The position numbers were made by a program, and so were the translations under genes. The notes beneath the pieces were generated by a model that ran no database searches, was not told the DNA's origin, and saw only the letters and a program-made list of their open reading frames with translations. DNA of 64,000 bases from Bdellovibrionota bacterium. GTDB taxonomy: Bacteria > Bdellovibrionota_C > UBA2361 > OMII01. The DNA lies in assembly GCA_044345405.1 (NCBI GenBank), contig JBIJBE010000017.1:1-64000 (forward strand). The letters run 5' to 3'. Below are positions 1 through 9,562 of the stretch, piece by piece (position 1 is the first letter of the stretch; every line of letters starts with the position of its first letter).

Positions 1-173
1 TAACCTTAGTAGTCTAGGATAGTTAGATGTAATTGGTAAATAGGAAACCTGCTCAGCTCGAAGCCCGCAAGAGCCTAGAATAACTATATATTTTAAATAG
101 TTTTAGCCCCCATCCCGATTCGATGTGATTGAGGAGCGTAAATGCCCAATTTTTCGAGGTTTCAGGCGTGCGG

Positions 174-1271
174 TTACCGTGCCGAAACCACCCCCTGCGA
201 AACCGTCAATATGCGCAGGTCGGGGTTGTGGATAAGTTGTGGAGAAGGTCCCTCAGTGCCCGTAACGATTATCTGTCTCGGTTTGTTCAAAAGCGCTGAA
301 AACAGCCGCTCAGAGCGCGCTCTATCAAGCTCTGAATCAACATCATCGAGGATAACCACAGGGGACTCACCCGTAGCGGACTCAATCATCTCAATGACGC
401 CAAGTTTCATCGACAGCACCACGCTCCTCGTTTGTCCCTGAGAGGCGTAGGCTCGAGCATCAACTCCACCCAAGGTCACACTCACATCATCACGCTGCGC
501 GCCGAGGGTAGCGCTCCTCATCGCCATCTCGCGGGGGGCCGCGTTCTCAAAACGAGCGAGGATCTCCTCCTCCGAGAGAATCCTTCCATCCTGAAAGAAG
601 TCAGATTCGAGGGTCAGTTTGAGCTCTCCATCGGTGGGAGCGTAGAGTTTGTGAAACGCGCTTGACTTATCAGACAACAATTCCAAAAACTTAACTCGGT
701 TATCAACAATCTTTCCACATGAGGAAGCAAGGAGTTCGTTCCACGGCTTAAGGTGCCCGTATGTACATCCAGGTTGCTTCAGCACCGCGCTCTTGCTCGC
801 TAGAGCCCTCTGGTAGCCCATCAAGACCTTAATGAAGGGCGGGTTAAGGTCTACCATGTGTCGATCAAGAAACCGCCTCCTGCCCGCTGGAGAGCCTTTG
901 ACGAGGGAGAGATCCGCTGGGGAAAAGGCGATCACTCGAAGACGGCCGATCAGATCCGTCATCGACTCGAGATCTTTCCCGTTACTAACCGCCCTCCGTT
1001 CACCAGGGGTAAACACTAAACCTAGCTCTTCAGTTCCATGGGAGGTGCTCACGGTTCCGAAAATAGAACACTCCTTCTCTCCCCACTTTAAAAGTTCGCT
1101 CGAAGAGTTCGTGCGAAAGGAACGAGATCCCGAGAGGAGGTAGATCGCCTCAACAAGGTTCGTCTTACCGTTTCCGTTCAGACCGGAGATGTACACAGGT
1201 CCCGATCCGAGATCGATCGTTTGATCGGCGAGGTTTCGGAACTTGTAGGTTTTTAAACGAGAGACGTGCAA
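174..1271 (-). CDS. recF: DNA replication/repair protein RecF
   Basis: Walker A GLNGNGKTN, GSRSFRT, ASQGQTRS signature, LDDVDSELD; canonical position downstream of dnaN; TTG start. Confidence 0.97.
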   Translation of the reverse strand: MHVSRLKTYKFRNLADQTIDLGSGPVYISGLNGNGKTNLVEAIYLLSGSRSFRTNSSSELLKWGEKECSIFGTVSTSHGTEELGLVFTPGERRAVSNGKDLESMTDLIGRLRVIAFSPADLSLVKGSPAGRRRFLDRHMVDLNPPFIKVLMGYQRALASKSAVLKQPGCTYGHLKPWNELLASSCGKIVDNRVKFLELLSDKSSAFHKLYAPTDGELKLTLESDFFQDGRILSEEEILARFENAAPREMAMRSATLGAQRDDVSVTLGGVDARAYASQGQTRSVVLSMKLGVIEMIESATGESPVVILDDVDSELDRARSERLFSALLNKPRQIIVTGTEGPSPQLIHNPDLRILTVSQGVVSAR

Positions 1272-1306
1272 GGGGAGGGGGCTTTGGAGGAGGTAAGTAA
1301 ATAAAC

Positions 1307-1335
1307 ATCCCCCTACGCCAAGGGCTTCGGGGGAT
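1307..1335. repeat. Small imperfect palindromic element (ATCCCCC-TACGCC-AAGG-GCTTC-GGGGGAT)
   Basis: Hairpin in the dnaN-recF spacer; similar elements at 11639-11668 and 18841-18876. Confidence 0.5.
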
Positions 1336-1366
1336 AATTTTGCTGTGTTTTTAAATTTGGAAAAAA

Positions 1367-2530
1367 TTACTTATCCAAACGCAACGGCATCACGATACCG
1401 AAACACGATTCATCAGACTCAGCGTAGAACTTACCGGGACCGGTCTCCCCGTTTAGTTCAAGAACGAACGGTTGGTTCTCACCGATCGTGCCGAGCACAT
1501 CAATGATGTATCGAGCGTTGAATCCAACAGAGAAATCTTTTCCACTGTACTGAATCTCAAGTTCCTCTTGAGCCTCACCGAGTTCAGGTGAAGAGCTCGA
1601 GATACGAACCAAGTTCGTGAAGAAATCAAAACGCACGCCCTTGTTCTTGTCACTCACAACGAGCGACACACGCTTGAGCGCGTGCGCGAGCTGTGAGCTC
1701 AACACGGTAATCTTCTCACCTTTCTGCTTCGGAAGTACCTGCTCATAGTTCGGGAACTCACTATCAAGGAGTCGCACCACGAGTTTCCACGCTGGTCCCT
1801 CTACGACAAGGAATCCCTCACTAACATCAACACCAACGGGAACATCACCAACGGTCTCAAGAGCCTTACGAACCTCCGCAATCCCCTTGCGAGGAACGAT
1901 GACGTGATCAACTGAAGCGTTCGTTTTGCCGGTGCCCTTGTGGGAAAGTCCGGTAAAAGCTACGCCTTCGAGAGGCCGAGTGATCAACGCGAGTCGGTGA
2001 CCATCAGTCGCGACCATTCCGATTCCTGATGCCTTGCCATCTTTGGTGATCTCAAGACACACACCGTTCATGTTGTAACGCCCCTCATCAAGAGAAACCG
2101 CGTAGAGGGTCTTGTTGATCATCTCGATCAGGGTAGGGGCGGGTAATTTACATTTCGTTTTCAGCGCGAGCCCAGGTGGGACAGGATATTCCTCAGCGCC
2201 AACTCCAACTATCTTCATCTTTGAACTGCCAGCGACAACCTCGATCCGATCTCGATCAACCGATCGTATCGTGATCTCGCCATCGGGAAGCTCTCGAACG
2301 AGATCTCCAAACACCTTCGCGCTAACGGTGATTGATCCTTGCTTCTTAACGGAGGCTGACGAAGAAGCGATCGCTGTGATCTCAAGATCACTCGCTGTTA
2401 CCTTGAAGCTCTTATCCTCTGCCGCTAACAAGATGTTTCCAAGAATGGGCATCGTTGATTTCTTCTCTGCGATCGCGAGCGTTACATGAAGAAGCTTCGA
2501 AAGATCTGTTTTTGAAATTGTAATCTCCAT
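1367..2530 (-). CDS. dnaN: DNA polymerase III beta sliding clamp
   Basis: MPILGNILL, ASDLEI, VATDGHRLA, FPNYEQVLP, GFNARY, VMPLRL motifs; AGGGAG RBS; next to dnaA. Confidence 0.98.
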   Translation of the reverse strand: MEITISKTDLSKLLHVTLAIAEKKSTMPILGNILLAAEDKSFKVTASDLEITAIASSSASVKKQGSITVSAKVFGDLVRELPDGEITIRSVDRDRIEVVAGSSKMKIVGVGAEEYPVPPGLALKTKCKLPAPTLIEMINKTLYAVSLDEGRYNMNGVCLEITKDGKASGIGMVATDGHRLALITRPLEGVAFTGLSHKGTGKTNASVDHVIVPRKGIAEVRKALETVGDVPVGVDVSEGFLVVEGPAWKLVVRLLDSEFPNYEQVLPKQKGEKITVLSSQLAHALKRVSLVVSDKNKGVRFDFFTNLVRISSSSPELGEAQEELEIQYSGKDFSVGFNARYIIDVLGTIGENQPFVLELNGETGPGKFYAESDESCFGIVMPLRLDK

Positions 2531-2958
2531 GAGTCTCCCTATTGTTTCTTTATTTAATATAAATCTAGTGAATAATAGTAAGTCAGGCCCATTTCCGGGG
2601 ATAAGTTTCCTAACTATAAGTTTTTAAACTTTAAATTCCACTTAAAACGTGTTGGTAAGCTCTGCAAAATTTTTGAACTTACCCACAGCCAAATTTTATC
2701 TCCACAACGATCCCGATCTTCCCACCCCCCTCCACCAAGTTATCCACAGGGTTTTACCGGGTGGGTACGCTCGCTACGCATCGTCCTATGTGCGGCGTGC
2801 ACATCTTTACTGTCTCGCGCGCTTTCAAAGGGAAGAATTGTACGTGGATGACTGAAGGAACCTGTTGATAACCCGGGTGAAAACCTCTGAATTATCCACT
2901 TGGACACAAGGCGGTGAAAGTTGTTGGTAAGGTTAGTAACTACTTGTTTTTAGTAGCT
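2531..2958. promoter_or_regulatory. Probable oriC (dnaA-dnaN intergenic) with DnaA boxes and DNA-unwinding element
   Basis: Perfect TTATCCACA 2740-2748; near-boxes 2679-2687, 2863-2871, 2892-2900, 2650-2658, 2922-2930. Minus strand reads TTATCCCCG-GAAAT-GGGCC-TGACT-TACTATTATTCACTAG-ATTTATATTAAATAAAG just before dnaN. Confidence 0.85.
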
Positions 2959-4566
2959 TTAACCGAATAGTCTCTTCTCGATTTCTTCGACCAAAACCTT
3001 CACTTGGGCATCTGTGGATAACTTGCTCGATACAACCGTAGCGGCGTGGATAACGCTGGAGTGGTCTCGACCGCCAAAGTGCTCACCAATCTCAGGATAC
3101 GAGGCGGTAGTATGTTTTCGGCAGAGATACATGGCTATGTGGCGCGGGAACGAGAGGTTCTTCGTTCGTCGTTTCGAGATGATGTCGGCGACCTTTAGGT
3201 TGAAGTGCGCCGCTACCGCTTTCTTAATGTCATCAACGGAAACGTTTACAACCTTTGGCTGGAGCAGAGGCTTCAAAGCCATGCGCGCCATATCCATAGA
3301 GATGTCTACGTTTTGAATAGAGCTTACCGCGTGAAGGCGAGTGAGAGCCCCCTCAAGCTCACGAACGTTTGATGAGATCTTCTCTGCGATAAGGTGTCCG
3401 ACCTCTTCTGGAAGGTGGAAGTTCTCAAGGAGCGCCTTTTGCTTGAGGATCGCTACCCGAGTTTCGAAGTCTGGAGCCTGAAGGTCCGCGGTTAATCCCC
3501 ACGAGAAACGAGTTTGAAGGCGCTCTTCGATTCCCGGAATATCTGTTGGAATTTTGTCGGAGGTAATAACAATTTGACGCTTCGCGCTGTAGAGCGCGTT
3601 GAATGTATGGAAGAACTCCTCTTGAGTTCGCTCCTTACCAACGATGAACTGAATATCGTCGATGAGAAGAACATCCATCGTTCGAAGTCGGCGCTTGAAT
3701 TCCTCCATCTTCGCGTGGCGAAGGGCGAGAATGAGTTCGTTCGTGAACGTCTCTGAAGACATGTAGAGAACTCGCGCGAGGGGATTGCGTTGAAGAACCG
3801 CGTTTCCGATCGCGTGCAGGAGATGGGTCTTTCCAAGTCCAACACCACCGTAAATGAAGAGCGGATTGTAGCTCTGACCAGGCTTCTCAGCTACTCGCAT
3901 CGCGGCGGCGTGACAGAACTGATTACTGTTACCAACCACGAAATCTTGGAAGGTATAGCGAGGGTTAATATTGTTGAAAACCTCGCCCTCAACGGGAGGT
4001 TGCGCAGGAATTCCAGTTGGTTGAGCGGTTTGTTGTTCCTGTTGGCGAGGCTCCTCGACAGGGGTAGGACGAACTCGCTTAACGATGAACGGTGTCGCGG
4101 GACGACGGAGGCTTGATGAACCGTCAGAGTTGCTTGCGACAGGAGCCTCTCGCGGAACAATAGAGAGAATAATATCAGGAGCGTCGAGAAAGTGAGCTAA
4201 TCGCTCGCGCAAAGGGTCAGAATAATGCGCGATAACGTAGTTACAGATCAGCCGTGAAGGGCCTCGAACAGTAAATCTCTCAGGACTTGATTGCTCAACA
4301 TCTACTGAAAGGGGCTCGATGTACGCCGCGACGATGTGGGGATTAACTTCTGAGCAAACATCCGCTACCGCCAATGCCCAGCTCTGCTCTAGAGAGGCTT
4401 GCTCGATCGAGGAACTCGATACCGGGGAGGTTGGCATAATGGAATGAGAAACTGCGGAATAAGAAGCAGGGGAATGAGAACTAGAGAGTGTCTCCTCGTT
4501 AGAGGAGAGGGTTTCAGCGATAACGTCGCTCTGGCTAAATTTCTCTGGCGCCAGGTTGTCTACCAT
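2959..4566 (-). CDS. dnaA: Chromosomal replication initiator DnaA
   Basis: YNPLFIYGGVGLGKTHL, LLIDDIQF, QEEFFHTFN, NVRELEGAL, GGRDHSSVIHA; ATG at 4566 after GAGG (alternative GTG at 4575). Confidence 0.98.
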   Translation of the reverse strand: MVDNLAPEKFSQSDVIAETLSSNEETLSSSHSPASYSAVSHSIMPTSPVSSSSIEQASLEQSWALAVADVCSEVNPHIVAAYIEPLSVDVEQSSPERFTVRGPSRLICNYVIAHYSDPLRERLAHFLDAPDIILSIVPREAPVASNSDGSSSLRRPATPFIVKRVRPTPVEEPRQQEQQTAQPTGIPAQPPVEGEVFNNINPRYTFQDFVVGNSNQFCHAAAMRVAEKPGQSYNPLFIYGGVGLGKTHLLHAIGNAVLQRNPLARVLYMSSETFTNELILALRHAKMEEFKRRLRTMDVLLIDDIQFIVGKERTQEEFFHTFNALYSAKRQIVITSDKIPTDIPGIEERLQTRFSWGLTADLQAPDFETRVAILKQKALLENFHLPEEVGHLIAEKISSNVRELEGALTRLHAVSSIQNVDISMDMARMALKPLLQPKVVNVSVDDIKKAVAAHFNLKVADIISKRRTKNLSFPRHIAMYLCRKHTTASYPEIGEHFGGRDHSSVIHAATVVSSKLSTDAQVKVLVEEIEKRLFG

Positions 4567-4993
4567 GCCCCTCACTCGTTCTTAGGTCGCTGTTGACGCG
4601 AACTATCTACTCTCACCGATGCGAGTCGAATTTTTCGACGTGCGATTCGCGAGCGAATTGCTCACACCGCGCGAGTGACAAAGCGTTATAGTACGAGGAG
4701 AGAAAATTACAAGAATTTTGGTGACGAATTTTTACCACCGAGGGAACGGACGATGAGAATGATAACAAAGTAGATTTTAATTTCAAGTGGTTTAAACAAA
4801 GCGGAGGCGCATATTTCTATTGGCCTGCTTTGCTCCGTGACGCGATCGCTCAACTGGCGGATAGAGGTCGCTACATCTTGCGGCAGGGCTTAGGTCGGGC
4901 AATTGATATTTTAAAACGCGCCTGAGCCCGCACCACCAAGGGTTTGCCTTAATCGCCTAAATCTTATACAACAGGGGCGCTTAAAGGGTTGCA

Positions 4994-5722
4994 ATGGAAG
5001 CACATTATACATACCTACATTCACTGGGATTAACTGACCCCAACACCCAGAAATTCGTTACCGCATTGGCGCTTGGCTCCGCATTGCTTTTTGTTGGTGC
5101 CGCGAGCGCTCAAGCCCTTACCCGTCGTCGTAAGGTTCTCGGTGTTGAGCAAGGTGTTGTGCCCGAGAAAAAGATAACAACATCAGGTATTTTTGACCTC
5201 TTCATAGAGGGGTTTGTCTCCTTCCAGGACTCTATCCTTGGAAAGGAGGGGCGTAAGTACGTTCCTCTTACCGCGACTATCTTCCTCTACACGTTCGTTC
5301 TCAACATGATCGGATTGATTCCGGGCATGCCAGCGCCGACCACAACGGTGTGGATAACGGTTCCGCTTGGAATCTTCATCTTCTTTGCGTTCAACTTTTA
5401 CGGAATCAAAGAGCAGGGATTGTGGCCGTACCTCAAGCATTTCGCCGGTCCGGTCTGGTGGCTTGCGTGGTTCTTCCTTCCCCTTGAGATTATGGGAGCT
5501 TTCTTGCGAATCCTCACCATTAACCTCCGACTTTACTGGAATATTACAGCGGACCACATCGTTCTTGGTCTCTTCACTGAGCTCGTTCAGATCCTTATCC
5601 CCGTAGTATTCCTAGCGTTGGGCACCTTCGTATGCTTTATGCAGGCGTTTGTTCCAACAATCCTAACAATGATATATATATTGCTCGCGACTCAGCACGA
5701 AGAGAGCGAGGGGCATCACTAA
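4994..5722 (+). CDS. atpB: F0F1 ATP synthase subunit a
   Basis: NMIGLIPG, RILTINLRLYWNITADH with the essential Arg, MQAFV; hydrophobic. Confidence 0.95.
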   Translation: MEAHYTYLHSLGLTDPNTQKFVTALALGSALLFVGAASAQALTRRRKVLGVEQGVVPEKKITTSGIFDLFIEGFVSFQDSILGKEGRKYVPLTATIFLYTFVLNMIGLIPGMPAPTTTVWITVPLGIFIFFAFNFYGIKEQGLWPYLKHFAGPVWWLAWFFLPLEIMGAFLRILTINLRLYWNITADHIVLGLFTELVQILIPVVFLALGTFVCFMQAFVPTILTMIYILLATQHEESEGHH

Positions 5723-5764
5723 GATTTTGGTTTAGTTTTTCACTTTGGATGAAAAAAGAAGGAG

Positions 5765-6097
5765 ATGAGTAAAATGAAGGCAATCAAGAACATCGCATCG
5801 AAGAGCTTTTACGCTTTGGCCGCAATTGTGGCAGCTCTTATGCCAGTAGTTTCAGCTGTAGCTGAGGACGCTTCCGCTGGTCAGGCTTCAGCTCTTAAGC
5901 CTCTTGGCGCAGGTCTCGCAATCGGAATGGCTGTAGTAGGTGGCGCTCTTGGACAGGGCCGCGTTGTAGGCTCCATGCTTGAGTCTTTCGGACGTAACCC
6001 ATCTGTTGGTGGTAAGCTCCTCACTCCGATGATGATCGGAATGGTTCTTATCGAATCCCTCGTAATTCTCGCGTTCGTAATTGCATTCACTATGTAA
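5765..6097 (+). CDS. atpE: F0F1 ATP synthase subunit c with N-terminal signal-like extension
   Basis: GLAIGMAVVGGALGQG, GRNP loop, LIESL carboxylate; AAGGAG RBS. Confidence 0.95.
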   Translation: MSKMKAIKNIASKSFYALAAIVAALMPVVSAVAEDASAGQASALKPLGAGLAIGMAVVGGALGQGRVVGSMLESFGRNPSVGGKLLTPMMIGMVLIESLVILAFVIAFTM

Positions 6098-6127
6098 TTT
6101 ACGGCGCTCGTTTACGAGATGAGCTAG

Positions 6128-6157
6128 AAGGCTCCACCGCAAGGTGGGGCCTTTTTT
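6128..6157 (+). terminator. Rho-independent terminator of atpBE
   Basis: AAGGCTCCACC-GCAA-GGTGGGGCCTTTTTT. Confidence 0.85.
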
Positions 6158-6427
6158 ATTGCCTGGCGCTGGCTTTGACTAGGTACGAGGTGACACCTCT
6201 CCGAAGAGGCGTTTTCACCACGAGAACGGAGAGAACGATGAGGAGGGCGCATATGCGTATCCGGGGACTCTTTTGCCTCGCTGCACTCTTAGTGAGCATT
6301 CAACACAATTCCTCTCGATAGGTCTCTGTCCGAAGCGCACAGCTGGCCATCTCTGTTGGGTTGCCCGGTAGGGACTTTTATGGAGGTCGTCGGGAGAGGG
6401 GAATCGCCGATAACGCAACTCACACCC

Positions 6428-6746
6428 TGTGGATAACTCTGTGGGAAACTCTGTGGATATCCACAGGATAACTTGAGGGATACTCAAGTGACGACACCCC
6501 ACTATCTACTTTCAGTCGGTTATCTCATTCAAAGTTGCGCGCGATTCTCAACAGACTTTTCACAGGTGATAACAGGTTTTCCACAAAATTGTGGAAGATC
6601 TGTGGATAACCTTACTATCAACCTGGATTTATATATCTTTAGGCCGGTAGAGAGTTATCCACAGCGGGTGTGGATAAGTACCTTCTTCTGTGGGAAACGG
6701 TTGATGCTAACTCATTCAAATATTTTTACTTTCAGACAATAAAAAG
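6428..6746. promoter_or_regulatory. Dense DnaA-box cluster (second origin half or DnaA-titration site)
   Basis: Four perfect boxes (6428-6436, 6601-6609, 6655-6663, 6669-6677); near-perfect boxes at 6452-6460, 6457-6465, 6577-6585, 6440-6448, 6689-6697; AT-rich 6711-6746. Confidence 0.85.
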
Positions 6747-6806
6747 GGGATGGCGCCACTCTGGCCCATCCCCTTATCTCGGAGTCGCTTGTTTGAGCGG
6801 CGCGAG

Positions 6807-7760
6807 CTACTCGTGGAGGCTCTCGAGGTAGCGCTCGGCGCTAATTGCCGCCTGACATCCCGAGCCTGCCGCCGTGATCGCTTGTCGGAAGACGTGGTCC
6901 TGGACGTCTCCACTCACAAATACCCCAGGGACGTTGGTCTCAGGGGAATCAGACTTGTGAATAAGGTAGCCGTTCTCATCCATCTCCAGTTGTCCCTGGA
7001 AGAGGCTTGAGTTCGGAGTGTGTCCGATAGCGACGAAGAGGGCGTCCGCTGGGAGGGTTGAGCGCTCCTTAGTCTTCGTGTCCTCAAGAACGAGAGCGGT
7101 TACACCGTCCTTCTTAGAGCCCTCAACAGCGACAACACCCTTGTTCCACAAAACCTCGATCTTTGGGTTCGAGAGCACTCGGTCCTGCATAATCTTAGAG
7201 GCGCGAAGCGCGTCACGCCGGTGGATGAGGTAGAGCTTGCTTGCGAACCGGGTGAGGAAGGAGGCCTCCTCGCACGCCGAGTCTCCACCACCAACAACGG
7301 TGATGACCTTATTGCGGAAGAAGGCGCCGTCGCAGGTAGCGCACGTTGAAACGCCGTATCCGAGAAGCTCTCGCTCGTTCTGAGCGCCGATATACTTTGG
7401 AGCGGCGCCGGTTGAGATGATAAGAGAGTCGCAGGTGTAGGTCCCGGACTGTCCCTCAAGCTTGATGGGGCGTTGGGTAACATCGGCCTTAACGATGGTA
7501 TCAACGGCGATCGTGGTACCGAACCGCACCGCCTGCTTCTCCATGAGTTGCATGAGCTCTGGACCCATGATGCCATCCGGGAAGCCAGGGAAGTTCTCAA
7601 CATCGGTCGTGGTGGTTAGCTGCCCACCAGCGAGGGGACCGTGTATAAGAAGTGGGTTAAGGTTGGCGCGGGCGGTGTAGATGGCCGCCGTAAGACCAGC
7701 TGGACCAGAACCAAGAATGATTACCTTGTGGTGGTTAGGGTTGTTTGTAGAATCGCTCAT
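6807..7760 (-). CDS. trxB: Thioredoxin-disulfide reductase
   Basis: GSGPAG, GGQLTTTTDVENFPGFP, CATCDG redox motif, GGGDSACEEA, RQAITAAGSG. Confidence 0.97.
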   Translation of the reverse strand: MSDSTNNPNHHKVIILGSGPAGLTAAIYTARANLNPLLIHGPLAGGQLTTTTDVENFPGFPDGIMGPELMQLMEKQAVRFGTTIAVDTIVKADVTQRPIKLEGQSGTYTCDSLIISTGAAPKYIGAQNERELLGYGVSTCATCDGAFFRNKVITVVGGGDSACEEASFLTRFASKLYLIHRRDALRASKIMQDRVLSNPKIEVLWNKGVVAVEGSKKDGVTALVLEDTKTKERSTLPADALFVAIGHTPNSSLFQGQLEMDENGYLIHKSDSPETNVPGVFVSGDVQDHVFRQAITAAGSGCQAAISAERYLESLHE

Positions 7761-7790
7761 AGAAGATCAGCCTCAAAAACTACGGTCAAC

Positions 7791-9410
7791 ATGCGGAACC
7801 ATACTAAAATCACCAAACTTCTCATAGCAAATAGGGGCGAAATCGCGCGACGCGTCATAAAAGCTTGCTCAGAGATGGGAATTCGGTCGGTCCTCGTCGT
7901 GTCCGATGTCGATGCCGATTCACTGGCCTCGAAGGAGGCGACTGAGGTTGTTCGGATTGGTGGTCAGACAGCCGCCGACTCCTACCTAAATCAGACAAAG
8001 ATCATCGAGGCGGCTCAAGCAACGGGGGCCGAGGCCATTCATCCGGGCTATGGATTTCTATCAGAGAACGCCGAGTTCGCGGAGGCGGTGAGGAAAGCGG
8101 GGCTGATATTCGTTGGTCCTTCACCGGAGAGTATTCGAGCTCTTGGTGTGAAGACGACCGCCCGACGAACGGTCTCAGCGGCCGGAGTTCCGATCACTCC
8201 GGGAAGCGAGGGCGCTGAGACCGATGAGGCTCTTATCGCCGCCGCAATCCAAATAGGTTTTCCCGTTATTATCAAGGCGGCGGCTGGTGGTGGTGGTCGA
8301 GGGATGCGCATCGTTCGAGCGGTCGGTGAGATGAAGGAATCGATCGAGCGCGCGCGAGCTGAGGCGCAGAAGAACTTCGGTAGCCCAGAGGTATACTGTG
8401 AGAAATTTATCGAGGGACCGCGGCACGTCGAGGTGCAACTCTTCGGTGACCAACACGGAAATGTCGTGCACTTTGGAACCCGCGATTGCTCAGCGCAACG
8501 TCGACATCAAAAACTGGTAGAGGAGGCTCCGGCGCCCTTCCTTGATGATGATGTGAGGGAGAGAATTCATCAGGCCGCGGTGACAGCGGCGAAAACGGTC
8601 GGCTACTACAACGCGGGAACCGCGGAGTTTCTTGTATCAGGCCGTGATTTCTATTTCCTTGAGATCAACACGCGCATTCAGGTGGAGCATCCGATTACCG
8701 AGATCGTAACGGGCACAGACCTCGTTCACTTGCAGCTCCGTGTGGCGATGGGCGAGCAGTTGCCGATGCGTCAGAGCGATATTTCATTCACAGGGCACGC
8801 CATCGAGTTGCGGATTAACGCCGAGGATGTGTTCGAGGGGTTTCGTCCGGCCCTTGGGACGATCACGGAATGGAACCGCGGAGCATCTCAGTTCGTACGA
8901 GAGGATTATGGATACAGAGTGGGAGACTCAATCCCACCATTCTATGACTCTCTCGTGAGTAAGGTGATTGTGAAGGGTGAATCAAGGGCAGCGGCTCTCT
9001 TTAACGCCTTTCACTATCTCAAGAGCTATTCGGTTGTTGGACTCCCGACCACCACTCCATTTCACGCGTGGATTCTCGCGAACGTCGACTTTCAAACGAC
9101 AGGAATCGACATCGGGTATGTTGAGCGAACGTTCACCGCTGATGGCGCGCGTGAGGCGTTAGCGCTCCTTGAGACTGATACCGCTCACCGAGAGGGAGAG
9201 GGGAGCGCGAACTACACCGAGATAGTAGAGGTAGTAGGAGCGCAAGGAGCGCGGACGAAGGCAGAGCTCGTGCATGAGCCAGGAGGAACCTTCCTCGCGA
9301 TTCCACTGGAGGGCGAGAGCGCGCGTCGGGAGCAGTCGTTATGGTGTCGATCGAATTCGAGGGCGGACGCGTTGGCTGGGGTAGAGAGTGCTTTAAGGGG
9401 TGGCAGCTGA
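7791..9410 (+). CDS. accC: Biotin carboxylase (acyl-CoA carboxylase BC subunit) with C-terminal extension
   Basis: LIANRGEIA, HPGYGFLSEN, GGGGRGM, RDCSAQRRHQK, EINTRIQVEH; start placed at ATG 7791 because the upstream part of the listed ORF overlaps trxB. Confidence 0.9.
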   Translation: MRNHTKITKLLIANRGEIARRVIKACSEMGIRSVLVVSDVDADSLASKEATEVVRIGGQTAADSYLNQTKIIEAAQATGAEAIHPGYGFLSENAEFAEAVRKAGLIFVGPSPESIRALGVKTTARRTVSAAGVPITPGSEGAETDEALIAAAIQIGFPVIIKAAAGGGGRGMRIVRAVGEMKESIERARAEAQKNFGSPEVYCEKFIEGPRHVEVQLFGDQHGNVVHFGTRDCSAQRRHQKLVEEAPAPFLDDDVRERIHQAAVTAAKTVGYYNAGTAEFLVSGRDFYFLEINTRIQVEHPITEIVTGTDLVHLQLRVAMGEQLPMRQSDISFTGHAIELRINAEDVFEGFRPALGTITEWNRGASQFVREDYGYRVGDSIPPFYDSLVSKVIVKGESRAAALFNAFHYLKSYSVVGLPTTTPFHAWILANVDFQTTGIDIGYVERTFTADGAREALALLETDTAHREGEGSANYTEIVEVVGAQGARTKAELVHEPGGTFLAIPLEGESARREQSLWCRSNSRADALAGVESALRGGS

Positions 9411-9562
9411 CCCAGTGCGTCATGTTACAAAGAGAGCGGTTAGGACGGGAAGAGGGCCCGGGGAAAGTACACTCCTCTCACTACGCTCACCGTTATCTTT
9501 GCCATTAGAATTGACTACATGCCGCTCGTCGGTATGCTCAGAACATCTGGGATGTATGTAAG

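Noticed and set aside
227-5357. Isolated perfect DnaA boxes inside recF (227-235), dnaA (3013-3021) and atpB (5349-5357)
   Set aside because: Single coding-region matches cannot be shown to be functional from sequence, so they are not called as separate sites
6215-6742. ORFs of 89-95 aa in the DnaA-box cluster
   Set aside because: Their translations (WIS, VDN, YPQ, STG) are simply DnaA boxes read in frame
7641-7790. N-terminal extension of accC in the ORF track
   Set aside because: Overlaps trxB on the opposite strand; homology begins after ATG 7791
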